A model generated the notes under the pieces. That model was not told where the DNA came from and made no database searches. It was given only the letters and a program-made list of their open reading frames with translations. This document shows, one piece after another, positions 11,701 through 23,110 of a stretch of DNA of 39,028 bases. Position numbers and translations under genes: made by a program. The number at the start of each line of letters is the position of its first letter. Position 1 is the first letter of the stretch. The DNA is from Octopus bimaculoides (Eukaryota). Location of the stretch: assembly GCF_001194135.2 (NCBI RefSeq), contig NC_068982.1:185703954-185742981 (forward strand). The letters run 5' to 3'.

Positions 11701-12049
11701 GTCACCAAGTAACTTTGCAAGACAAGGAATCTTTAAGACGGATGAGGACACTGAAAGAGGTGATCTTGTGCTCGATGATGAAGGTTATAGTGTGACAGAG
11801 AGACAGAAACAGATGTCTTGCTGTTTAATGGGCATAATAATTGAAAAATTTCTATCTTCACATGATTCTAATATCAACTTTTAATTGAATATTCCAGAAA
11901 GAAATGCTATTCACTCTATATGAAAAAACAAACCCTTAAATTTTAAGTCAGTTTGATAAGTGCCATGTATGAAACTTTAGGTCCTGGTATCTCTTCTGCA
12001 ACTTTCTGCCTTATAAAAAAATAAAAATGTGCATATATCAACCAGCCAA

Positions 12050-12143
12050 CCAACCAACCAACCTACCTACCTACCTACCTACCTACCTACCTACCAACCA
12101 ACCAGCCAACTAGCCAACCAACCAACCAACCAACCAACCAACT
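12050..12143. repeat. Compound (CCAA)n/(CCTA)n tetranucleotide microsatellite
   Basis: Seen directly. Confidence 0.95.
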
Positions 12144-12379
12144 AAGATAAATACAAATATGTCAAATAACATACAACATAGACTATTGAATTATTAGACT
12201 ATGGACACATAAAACTTGCAGTGGAATCACAGGAAGGTTAACAGATAAAGTAGTTTGTTTGTGACAGATGTGCAGGAGCAATAAATAATGTGAGCATATG
12301 AGAAATAGATGTTCTGAAATGTCTAGGAGGATTCCTAGAAGTAGAAAATAGTTTCTTTTATCTGGGCGACCTAATTAGT

Positions 12380-12843
12380 ATTGGAGGAGGATGCTCTGAA
12401 AATATAATTGCTAGAATAAGAACTGTTGGAGAAAATTCAGGGAACTTTTTCCTCTGTTGGTAACAAAAGGCCTCTTTCTCAGAGTGAAAGAAGGCAGATT
12501 GTTTGATGCCTGTGTATGAACAGCAATGAAACTAGGATGCTCCAATAGATGTGATGTGCATGTACAACAAAGTAATATTGTATCGAGAGAAAAATTGGGC
12601 ATAAGTGATATCAAATGTGATGTGCAAGAGAGATGATTGCCCTGGTATGGTCATATGATGTGTATGGTTGAAGACATCTGTGTAGTCAATTGCTGAATAT
12701 GGAAGGTGCCTATAGAAGAAGAAGACCCAGGAAGATTTGGGATGAAGTGGTGAAGACCATCCTGAAGATGTTGAGCTTCTCAAAAGAGATGATAAAGAAC
12801 TAAGATGAATGGCAAAATGTGATGCTTGAGAAGACCTGTCCAT
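12380..12843 (+). mobile_element. Degenerate RTE LINE ORF2 C-terminal fragment
   Basis: Homologous at the DNA level to 15917-16440 (gcctctttctcagagtgaaag...gattgtttgatgcctgtgt...tggtatggtcatatgatgtgtatg). Confidence 0.8.
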
Positions 12844-14127
12844 TTCCGCAGAATTGGGGTTCTGTCAAATCTTCCCCAACAACACATCTTTTAACACCTG
12901 TTCTTCCAACAATCTTCTACGTTACCCTATTTCCTTCCTTCACTCCTCTGCTAAACTGAGATTTTCCACATCCAACTCATTCCCTATCTGTGACCATCTG
13001 CAACATTATTTCTACTCAGTGCATCTATCTACATATCCATCGTTTCTGCTCCTCTATCCTATTCTGTCTCTCATATTCACCTTGTACATTGACTTCAAAT
13101 CTTACTCTTTCTTTCTCTCTCCAGCAAGATACTTGCTCTTGTCTTTCTATCCTAGTTTCTTGTCTCTCCATTTTTTACCCATCTCAATTGAAGGGTCTTG
13201 TTTTGGTGACCTCACTGGTGCTGGAAACATGAGAAAAGGCCCAGTACACTCTGTGAAGTGGTTAGTGATATGAAGGGCATCCTGCTGTAAAAACTATATC
13301 AATGCAGACATAGAATCTGGTGTAGCCCTCTGACTCAACTATTCTTATCAAACCATTCAACTGGACGATGATGATTAAGATTATTTCTACCTCTATAGGA
13401 TGTGTCCTAATTACCAATTGGCAACTAAACCAGCTCCACTTGAGAAGAAATAATCTCAAGAATCAAGCATTATTTAAAATTGACATGCCATTAAAATTGA
13501 CATGCCATTAAAAAAAGATGGGATTTTTGTCTGCAGATAAGAGGTCTGTTATAGACTGAAGACAAATGTAACTCTTCACCCCCGAGAGGCAGGAATCTGT
13601 TATGGTCATTTGGCTAGTAAGTCACCAAAGAACAAATACTTTGGGGTATTTATTCTTTGGTTATTCAATGGCTAGTATGTAAATCCAATAATAATTTTCA
13701 AAAGATAAGAATTTGGAGATATATTCTGTTGGATAATTCTAAATATATTACTTCAAATTTACCTTTGTTCAATATAAATGAGTAATAAACATGTAAAAAA
13801 CAGAAATTTTTGAAATAACTATAAGTGGCTACAAGTGATTATCCAATCAAAACTTGAATTGAAGATAGTTCATGTCTAAATTAATGAACAACTCCACATC
13901 ATACAATGCAGAGTAGATAAATGAAAAACTTTAAACAGTTAAATCAAAGAATATTAAAGTGAAGATCCTGAAGAAACTGCACCGGTATTATAGTGGGGTT
14001 GCAATTGCAATGGCTACTAATTGATGCAGTAGAAACATGTGTAGGTCTATTTGAAACTGTATACACACACACACACACACACACATAAAGGAATTAAAGG
14101 TAATGCTATACTACCTTGTAATAATCC

Positions 14128-14177
<50 letters not shown>

Positions 14178-14218
14178 ATTATTATTATAATATATATATA
14201 TATAAATCTACACTCTCT

Positions 14219-14366
14219 GAGTGCTTGGCGTTAGGAAGGGCATCCAGCTGTAGAAACTCTGCCAAATCAGATTGGAGCCTGGTGTAGCCATCTGGTTTCA
14301 CCAGTCCTCAGTCAAATCGTCCAACCCATGCTAGCATGGAAAGCGGACGTTAAACGATGATGATGA
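14219..14366 (+). mobile_element. Young RTE 3' tail copy
   Basis: One mismatch to 23545-23686 over about 140 bp. Confidence 0.92.
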
Positions 14367-14384
14367 TATATATATATATATATA

Positions 14385-15076
14385 NNNNNNNNNNNNNNNN
14401 NNNNNNNNNNNNNNNNNNNNNNNNNNNNNNNNNNNNNNNNNNNNNNNNNNNNNNNNNNNNNNNNNNNNNNNNNNNNNNNNNNNNNNNNNNNNNNNNNNNN
14501 NNNNNNNNNNNNNNNNNNNNNNNNNNNNNNNNNNNNNNNNNNNNNNNNNNNNNNNNNNNNNNNNNNNNNNNNNNNNNNNNNNNNNNNNNNNNNNNNNNNN
14601 NNNNNNNNNNNNNNNNNNNNNNNNNNNNNNNNNNNNNNNNNNNNNNNNNNNNNNNNNNNNNNNNNNNNNNNNNNNNNNNNNNNNNNNNNNNNNNNNNNNN
14701 NNNNNNNNNNNNNNNNNNNNNNNNNNNNNNNNNNNNNNNNNNNNNNNNNNNNNNNNNNNNNNNNNNNNNNNNNNNNNNNNNNNNNNNNNNNNNNNNNNNN
14801 NNNNNNNNNNNNNNNNNNNNNNNNNNNNNNNNNNNNNNNNNNNNNNNNNNNNNNNNNNNNNNNNNNNNNNNNNNNNNNNNNNNNNNNNNNNNNNNNNNNN
14901 NNNNNNNNNNNNNNNNNNNNNNNNNNNNNNNNNNNNNNNNNNNNNNNNNNNNNNNNNNNNNNNNNNNNNNNNNNNNNNNNNNNNNNNNNNNNNNNNNNNN
15001 NNNNNNNNNNNNNNNNNNNNNNNNNNNNNNNNNNNNNNNNNNNNNNNNNNNNNNNNNNNNNNNNNNNNNNNNNNNN
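14385..15076. other. Assembly gap (N run); other gaps at 17564-17863, 23290-23396, 25131-25209, 27412-27421, 31413-31587, 36478-36796
   Basis: N runs, mostly bordered by microsatellites. Confidence 0.99.
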
Positions 15077-15093
15077 TATATATAAATATATAA

Positions 15094-15889
15094 CAGGGTG
15101 CAATGGGTAAATTGTTGCCATTTTATATTTTTAATTTCATGCATGCGCATTGCTTGCTTTTGATTTTGTCAACTACACAGCTTGGCATTCATGCCGGAAG
15201 CTTCAATACGAACAAATGGTGAACACACAGAACAACTGTTGGATTGCTGAGTCCCCAAAACATGTACCAAGAGTGATAAATATCAGACATCCAGTCAACA
15301 TCATGGTGTTTGGAGTGATCACTAGTGATAGCAACGTTATGTTTCCATTCATCTTCCCACATGGCCTCAAACTCAACATAGAGGTCTACATCAAGTGCCT
15401 GGAGGAGGTAGTGCTGCCCTGGTTCAAGAGGGTGGCTGCTGGAAGACCCTATGTCAGGTAACAGGATTCTGCATCATGCCATACAAGCAGGAGAACCCAG
15501 TTATGGCTGTCAGACGATTTCTGTGACCATACTACCCCTAACATCTGGCCACCTAACTCCCCCGACTGCAACCCCCTTCGTTATTATGTGTGAGGTGCAG
15601 TTGAGTGGGAGACCAACAAAACTCTTTGTTATACCAAAGATGAACCGAAGGCAAGGATTATGGCAGCATTCACCAACTTAAACAAGGAGACCATCCAGAA
15701 GAGTTGCAAGAGATTCCAAAGTCGTCTGGAGGTCATGGTTGAAGTCAGTGGCGATTTTATTGAATAAATTTACTCTTTAGTACTTTGAAATATTTTTATG
15801 TAATTTTGGTGAATACATCTGTTAAATGAGATGTCGGTATTATTTTCATTTTTGGGTAATTTAGATGACAATATATTTACTGCACCCTG
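15094..15889 (+). mobile_element. Internally deleted Tc1/mariner transposon, maT (DD37D) type
   Basis: Ends CAGGGTGCA...TGCACCCTG, right end followed by TA. C-terminal transposase HPVNIMVFGVITSD...QDSASCH...WPPNSPDCNPL(R)YYV has 37 residues between the second Asp and the mutated third position. The N-terminal half is missing. Confidence 0.88.
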
Positions 15890-15916
<27 letters not shown>

Positions 15917-15920
<4 letters not shown>

Positions 15921-16849
15921 GGTAGATACTCTGAGAGCATAGCTGTGAGAATAAGATTAGGACAGGCAAAGTTCAGAGAGCTCCTGCCCCTGTTGGCAAC
16001 AAAGGGCCTCTCTCTCAGAGTGTAAGGGAGATTGTTTGATGCCTGTGTGCAGACAACTATGTTGCATGGCAGTGAAACATGGGCTGTGACAGCCGAGGAC
16101 ATGGGTAGGCTTGAAAGAAATGAAGCCAGTATGCTTTGCTGGATGTGCAATGTCAGTGTGCATGTTCAACAAAGTGTAAGCATCTTGAAAGAAAAGTTAG
16201 GCATTAGAGGCATCAGATGTGGTGTGCAAGAGAGACGATTGTGCTGATATGGTCATGTGATGTGTATGTATGAGGACAGCTGTGTAAAGAATTGCCAATC
16301 TCTAACTGTGGAGGGAACCTGTGGTAGAGGTAGACCCAAGAAGACAAGGAATGAGGTGGTAAAGCATGATCTTCGAACTTTGAGCCTCGTAGAGGCAATG
16401 ACTAGTGACCGAGACCTTTGGTGATGTGCTGTGGTTGAGAGGACCTGTGAAGCCAATTGCACCCGTGCTGGTGGCATGTAAAGAACACCTTTCAAGTGTT
16501 GGGCTTCATGGAAGCAATGACCAAAACCTTTGGCTTTATATCATGCTTGAGAAGAAGACCCATCAAGCTGAGCAAAATTGTAGTTGTGGAAGATACTGGT
16601 GTCACAAGAATTGGCACCCATGCGAGTAACATGTAAAAGCACCCCAGTGTCACACAAATGGCATCTGTGTTGGTGGCAAGTAAAAGCACCCATTACACTC
16701 TCGGAGTGTTTGGCATAAGAAGGGTATCCAGCTGTAGAAAGCCATGCCAAATCAGACTAGAGTCTGGTGCAGCCTTCCAGCGTACCAGCCTGGTCAACCC
16801 ATCCAACACATGCCAGCATGGACAATGGACGTTAAATGATGATGATGAT
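15917..16849 (+). mobile_element. 5'-truncated RTE LINE (ORF2 C-terminus, 3' UTR, (GAT)n tail)
   Basis: MLHGSETWAV...MLCWMCNV...ERRLC*YGHV...GRGRPKKT are typical RTE post-RT motifs; ends gttaaatgatgatgatgat. Confidence 0.93.
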
Positions 16850-17336
16850 ATATAAATGGTAAAGTTTATTTGCCAACCTAAGGTGGCTGTTCTATCCAGA
16901 ACTATTTAGAACAACCTGCTGGCTATCCAGTACCAATGACGGGAAAAGACCTAGAAACCATGGTCTACTGGTCCTGCTAAAGTTAGAGGGGAGTAATTCA
17001 TTCCCTTGCTCACAATTATATCAGACACAGATTGTGTGTTGATAACCAGGTGGAAAAGATGTTTTCCTAGGGTTAAAAGGTAGTAACATAGTTCTGGATA
17101 CAGCCACCTTATGTTGACAAGCAAACTTTACTGTTTAGTATTGTTACTACTCATATCTCATTTAGAAATTTTAAACTAGCTATTTTGCTTCATATATATA
17201 TATGTAGTGAAACTAACACCTCGTTCGCCATTACATACAAAACTACCTATCGTCACTAGATACAAAACTGCTATCGCCATTCTTCTCATTTAAATATAAA
17301 CAAACGCAAACGTAGGGGAAAACACCAGCCTTGTCA

Positions 17337-17480
17337 TCACGTGACTGATTATTATTTGAAGCGGCAAATTCTTCGAACCTTTCCCGCCAGAACGCAAACT
17401 GACCAATCATGGCCCCTAATAAGGTCACGTGATAGAGTATTAAACTGAAGCCATCGGGAGCCAATAGTTTGTTATAAATA
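17337..17480. promoter_or_regulatory. Candidate promoter inside AK5-like intron 2
   Basis: CpG-retaining island with TCACGTGA at 17337-17344 and 17425-17432, TTTCCCGC (E2F-like) at 17380-17387, CCAAT at 17403 and 17461, and TATAAATA at 17473-17480. Confidence 0.55.
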
Positions 17481-18282
17481 GCTTTAACTCGGCGGCCAAG
17501 TTTGTCTCGGTCCAGTTTCTCTATAGAGACTGTTCCGTGTACCACACGACACCAGCAGCAACANNNNNNNNNNNNNNNNNNNNNNNNNNNNNNNNNNNNN
17601 NNNNNNNNNNNNNNNNNNNNNNNNNNNNNNNNNNNNNNNNNNNNNNNNNNNNNNNNNNNNNNNNNNNNNNNNNNNNNNNNNNNNNNNNNNNNNNNNNNNN
17701 NNNNNNNNNNNNNNNNNNNNNNNNNNNNNNNNNNNNNNNNNNNNNNNNNNNNNNNNNNNNNNNNNNNNNNNNNNNNNNNNNNNNNNNNNNNNNNNNNNNN
17801 NNNNNNNNNNNNNNNNNNNNNNNNNNNNNNNNNNNNNNNNNNNNNNNNNNNNNNNNNNNNNNNAAGAACTGGTATAATTGCTCACGTGTTATTTACTGAC
17901 TCTTTCTATCTGCTGTAATATTTCACATACACACACATGTATCACTCACATACACACTTTTCTTTGTACGACGGCCTGTCTTTGATAATGTTCTTATATG
18001 TCGCATTCACACTCTCACACAGACATACATCTTTAACGCCATAATAAATATCTCTGCTATTCATCTAATACGGTTGTGGTCTTTCATTACTGGTCATCTA
18101 TGTTATCGTCGCATAACATATCATATATATCATTATTGATATATTATTGTGTGTTCGACCGTGTGACACGTTTAAATAAAAGGAGTCCTCTGTTTTTCCA
18201 TTCGTCACCATTTCTCCTTTTTGAGTACACACAGTCGTTCCTTACATATATATATATATATTAGTAAACAGCAAACACTTAC

Positions 18283-18490
18283 CTGGGATTTCCATAAATG
18301 TCAGATTAGACCTTACTTCTTTTACTTCTGGAGGTGGCTCTACAGGTACCTGAGGATCTTGAGATTTGCCATCAAAAAAGTTCCTCCATGTTATTGATCG
18401 TATACTCTGGTTTTGGATATTCTGTAGACTTTCAATGAGGTATTTAATAGGTGATGAAGGTTTGGATAATATTAACCCAAACATTAGTCC
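18283..18490 (-). CDS. AK5: AK5-like exon 2: GLMFGLILSKPSSPIKYLIESLQNIQNQSIRSITWRNFFDGK...FMEIP(G), second half of the D/D domain plus linker
   Basis: Acceptor tttgttacttAG, donor CCAG|GTAAGT, phase 0-1. Aligns with human AK5 SLLNGLMCSKPEDPVEYLESCLQKVKELGGCDKVKWDTF. Confidence 0.92.
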
Positions 18491-19139
18491 CTAAGTAACA
18501 AACCAAAATATATATTTTGTTTAAACCAATGTAACTGTGATAATCAATGTAAAACTACAGAGGTTATCGGAAAAAAAATTGTGAGATGATTGTCATACAA
18601 ACACCATATTAAGATATGGAAATGGAATTCTATAGAACATATTTTATCTTTGAAAAGTTTCATCTCCAATGAAAACATCTCAAACTCATCACCTCCTCTA
18701 TTCTATTATTCATTTGTGAGTGGAATTCATCTGCATCATCATTGATGGTATTGGTTGGCAGCAAGTAAAACTTCCTGTGAGGTTTCAGCTTCTACTTAGC
18801 ATCTGACTTGGAATAACTGATTGCCCATCTTTCATGCAACATCTGTGACTGAACACTGTAGTATTGTAAAGCATTCAAACAAAACACCTCAAACATACTA
18901 GTAATGTATTGATTAAACTAGCTATCCAGAGTTCATTATATATATGCAAACTTCTCTGTCCAATATACTTAAACCCCTTGTAATAGTGGGCCTATAAGCA
19001 GTATCTTCATGGAAAGTTAAAGAGGGCACTCAGTCATCAAACAGGATTGAAGCTAGTCTGGTCGATCCTTCTTTTTCTATCCACAAAGATATGGGGTTTG
19101 TCTGCACATGGTGTTGCAGGTCATTAGGTCATTTGCATC

Positions 19140-19320
19140 ACAAAACTCTGTAAAGTGGTTGGTGTTAGGAAGGGTGTCAAGCCATACAAAGCATGCCAAT
19201 GTAGACAGCAGAGCTTGGTGCAGTCTTCTGACTTACCAGTTCCTGTGGAGTCATCCAACCCATGCCAGCATAGAAAGTGACTGTTGAATGATTATAAGGA
19301 TGATGATGATGATAATGATA
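19140..19320 (+). mobile_element. Diverged RTE 3' tail copy; further decayed RTE sequence follows at about 19540-19930
   Basis: ggttggtgttaggaagggtgtc...catccaacccatgccagcat...gatgatgatgat. Confidence 0.7.
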
Positions 19321-20410
19321 ATTTACTTTCCAATTAATAGAATAATTCACAATATAAATTTCCATTTCTCACTTTGAATGCAAAAAAAACAAACAAATGA
19401 ATTATATAGACAACAAAAGGACTTTGGCCTCAAATGACATCATAGACATCATAATTTAATCAGCTGTTAGAAGGTGATGATGAATCCACTGGGTTTTAAG
19501 AAATCTTCCGCTTCATGTACAGACATGAATTCTAAAAAGGCAAGGTAAAGAGTACCCACACAGGAACAGGTGTCTCATTTAATATGCACAACCTCCACAC
19601 TGATGAAACTCAATAGTGTTATTCCAACCCCATTTAAAGGGTTTGGAACATGGAAGATTTGTAAAGACTGAAAATAAATGAAGCTAGCATGCTCCACTGG
19701 GTGTGTAAAACTAGTGCACATGAACAGTAGAGTGCCAATGAAGTGAGAAAAACTGAACATATGAGGAATCAGATATAGTGTGCAAGAGAGAAGACTGCAT
19801 TATTAAAGGCTTGGGCTGTATACAGAGAAGGCAAATGCTTGAAGTGTAGAAGACTCTGCCCCAGTATACCTTTGTTTGACTCATGCAAACATGGAAAAGT
19901 AAATGTTAGAACGCTGATGACGATGATGCTGCTGCTGATAATGAAGTATTATCATCATCATCATCATCATCATCATCATTTAATGTCTGTTTTCCATGCT
20001 GGTACAGGCTGAACAGTTTATACCCTTCAGCCATGGCTAACATTGATCCATGGGAGGCAACACTTGTTTACCCCCCCACTTCCCTCGAAAATGCTATGAC
20101 TTTTCCCCACGTTTCATTCTGCTTCTTTCTACCTGCACTGAACCAACTAAGACTATGCATACCTTCAGCATAAAAAAGAATATGTGCTTTTGGCCAGAAT
20201 GTCTGAAGAGTTATTGTCATTGCCAAGTGCAGTAGTTGACCTGAAACCGAAGATTAACATTCTGACTGGTTATATGCTATAACCAATAATATGCTGTTTG
20301 ACAATGCACACATACACACATCATTATGTATCATATATCTAAAAAAAGCAACACACTCTAAAGCATAGAGCAGTAATGTATTTATATGTAGTTGAGTCTA
20401 TGTCTGGTCA

Positions 20411-20474
20411 TAGAGTGCCCAATGGTTTCACATCCACAAAGGGCTTAGCTCCAGAGATGGCTCATCAGACTCTA
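20411..20474 (-). ncRNA. Second, inverted hammerhead motif, probably inactive (GTC->GGC, C11.1->T)
   Basis: On -: TAGAGT-CTGATGA-G...T-GAAAC-CATTG-GGC-ACTCTA. Confidence 0.55.
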
Positions 20475-20480
20475 AAGTTT

Positions 20481-20544
20481 TAGGGTCTGATGAGCCATCC
20501 ATAGGGCTAAGCCGTTTGTGGATACGAAACCATTGGTCACTCTA
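20481..20544 (+). ncRNA. Type I hammerhead ribozyme motif (minimal, Penelope/retrozyme-like)
   Basis: Stem I TAGGGT (20481-86) pairs with ACTCTA (20539-44). Core CTGATGA 20487-93, G10.1-C11.1-closed stem II 20494-20525, GAAA 20526-29, short stem III AC-C(ATT)G-GT, GTC cleavage triplet 20536-38. Confidence 0.7.
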
Positions 20545-20869
20545 TGACCGGAAGAGAGAGAGAGACATAGAGAGAGAGAGATCAAAAAGTAGGGCAAAGA
20601 TAGGAACTAGCTTTTGAGTGACTGCCTTGTTAAGTTGGTTGGATCACAAAAGCTTGATTGGTAATTGTCTCTTCATGATGATGATGATGACGACGACGAC
20701 GATGGTGACGTTGATGAAGATAATGATGAGTATTTATTCGGCTAACATGATATGTGATTACCACAACTTACGAATTGGTAAGGAAGACTTTGCACAGAGG
20801 AAAAAGTCAAGAGAAGATTTATATTCCTCTTTTATTATTTTATTTTGTCTGAAGAAATTCTCCCCTTAC

Positions 20870-20929
20870 CTTAAATAATTCATGGATATTATATTTTGAT
20901 AAATAGTCTTTAAAATCAGAGGCATCCAT
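20870..20929 (-). CDS. AK5: AK5-like exon 1: MDASDFKDYLSKYNIHELFK, first helix of the RIIa/Dpy-30-type D/D domain
   Basis: 60-bp CDS ending AAG|GTAAGG. Matches human AK5 MNTNDAKEYLARREIPQLFE in length and pattern, and splices in frame to exon 2. Confidence 0.9.
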
Positions 20930-21280
20930 TCTAGTTGTTAGTATCTATTTTTCAAACGATGATGTTCAAAAGAAAAATAAATGTATTCATTTAGAATACG
21001 TCGAAAGAATTGAATTTTCAATTTTATTAAAAATAATAAACAGCGTTACGTTGCTATTAGCAACATTTCAGTCACTGCTATGAGAGTGACTTCCGGTTTG
21101 AAAACATTACTATTATGCTAAAATAAAAATAATAATAGCGTACTGTTTTTGCACAACATATATAAAAAATATTATTTTAATATTAAAGTTTCATATTTTT
21201 AACTAACACAGTTATATATGAAGAATATGTTTATTTATTGAGAGTAACAGTCCGGAGTAGTTTCCCGATTTTCTACAAAC
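20930..21280. promoter_or_regulatory. Bidirectional AK5-like/PIGK promoter with RFX X-box (GTTGCTATTAGCAAC, 21050-21064) and ETS site (ACTTCCGG, 21089-21096)
   Basis: 351 bp between divergent ATGs. Both motifs match established consensus sequences. Confidence 0.75.
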
Positions 21281-21376
21281 ATGGTGTCTGTATTATCGTC
21301 TGTCATGGCATGTGTTGGCAGTTTGGTGTTGTTTTTATTACTCTCGTCATTCCACAGTGTGTGTGAAGCGAATGAG
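21281..21376 (+). CDS. PIGK: PIGK exon 1, signal peptide MVSVLSSVMACVGSLVLFLLLSSFHSVCEANE
   Basis: ATG in aaacATGG, hydrophobic core, donor GAG|GTAAAT, phase 0 in frame with exon 2. Confidence 0.88.
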
Positions 21377-22379
21377 GTAAATATATGTATATAAATATAT
21401 ATAAAACCTTTAGCTTAGCGCTTTAGTTATTTTCGCAAGTATAACGAAAGTGCTAAACAATCAGTTTTGATTTACGAAAACGTATTCCTCTTGTATTGTC
21501 AGTTATCATTTAAGCCTCAGGTCAGTCCTGATCAAGCTGACCTATGATGGAAAGTGCTCCAGCCGGCTTGACATGCATGTTTCTAGGACAAGATTATCTA
21601 CTGTGTTCTTTTTCTCTAAGGAAATTATAACGACCGTAAGATCAAGAGGAAATACAAGCACAAAATTGTCCATCTTTTACAGCCGTGTAGTGTAAATAAC
21701 AACATTGCTTAACTTCACCCCAATTACAGATGAAGGCTATGATTTCAATATACAGAACACTTCATAGAACATAAAATAGTTAATCACATCCCTTATATGC
21801 AAAAGTATTTCAGTACCGAAACACAATCATCAAATTATCAAAAGAAAATGACTACAATGCTTCAGACACTTAGTTTTCCAATCTATGTTTATTTTGAATG
21901 GGTTATATAAATAATGTCTCTTAGTATGTATCCCTGCCCCTGCATTGTGAGTTCATATTCTGGTTCGCATCACCAGCAATTAACAGCTATAGTATTGTTC
22001 AATCTAATATAGAATGACGTCATAACTCTTCTTATACGATCGGCGGAACAGGAAATCAGGCGCATAGCTCTCAACAGTAAACATAGTTTATTTAAAAACA
22101 CGAATTAAATGAACATATTTGAAACATTATTATTTGTTGTTTTTTTTTATATAAAATTTTAATGATGACCGTATTTATATTTCTATTCTGGTTTCTCTTT
22201 GTATTTTACCTTTGAGTTTATAACGGTTAGGTGAAGGCTACTTTTTCTAACAGTCCGAACGACCGCTTAGAGGTTCTTTTTTTTGTAAACCCATTTCACT
22301 AGTTTTCCCACATAATATTCATGCTAAAGAAAGTTAATCCTATCACCAGTAGACCTTAAGCTTTTTACCAAACTTAATT

Positions 22380-23110
22380 GAGTCTAATGTAATGATAAAA
22401 AATACCTGCACATCTGCCATGTGTAAAGACTACTTTCTCTATTAGTCTTCCTTGATATCGCTGCACCTCTTATGTGTGCACTGGGTACACTTTATGAAGT
22501 TTCTCCTGACTCCTCTTCTACAAATTGAGCAGGGCTATCTCCCTGAAGGGATCTGCGATTTGTCTGTTTTCCTACTTGTCAATACTTTAGCCTTTGCTAA
22601 ATAACTCTAAGGTCTTTTGATTCCAGTCCATGTTTCCATATCTTAAATTTCTTCTGTAGTTCTGGTTAGTGATTTGGCAATAAGAACAAGCTCATTGGCA
22701 TAGAGGAGCTCCTAAGGGTAGCCAGTCTTAAATTCTTCTGTTATAGCTTGAAAGACCATGATAAATAAGAGGGGCTAAGAATCAAACCCTGGTGAACTAC
22801 ATGAACACTGAACTCCTTGCTATATTCATTGGAACTCTCACCTTACTAACAGCATCCCTATACATGGCTTATCCAGCTCTCACTAACCATTCATTTATCT
22901 CTAGCTTTTGCATTGCCCACCAGGTAAGGGAGTGGGGGACCCTGTCAAAGACTTTCTCCATGTCAGCAAAAGCCAGATACAGAGGTTTATTTTTGGCCAA
23001 GTATTTCTCTTGCAGTTGGCTCACCAGGAAGATAGTGTCGGTGGTGCTTCTCCCTGGTACTAATCCAAACTAAATCTCATCTATGCAAGCTTTCTTCCTA
23101 ATTAGTTGAG
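22380..23110 (-). mobile_element. RTE LINE reverse transcriptase remnant
   Basis: FGLVPGRSTTDTIFLVSQLQEKYLAKNKPLYLAFADMEKVFDRVPH and downstream LLFIMV...ELLYANELVL (YADD-equivalent region). Confidence 0.88.

Larger units (their letters stand above)
20403..20552. repeat. 150-bp palindrome (74-bp arms, 2-nt centre, 10 mismatches) in AK5-like intron 1
   Basis: 20403-20476 compared with the reverse complement of 20479-20552. Confidence 0.95.

Noticed and set aside
14312-15150. Long ORFs in the track spanning X residues (also at 17484, 23111, 31288, 36304)
   Set aside because: They exist only because N gaps contain no stop codons.
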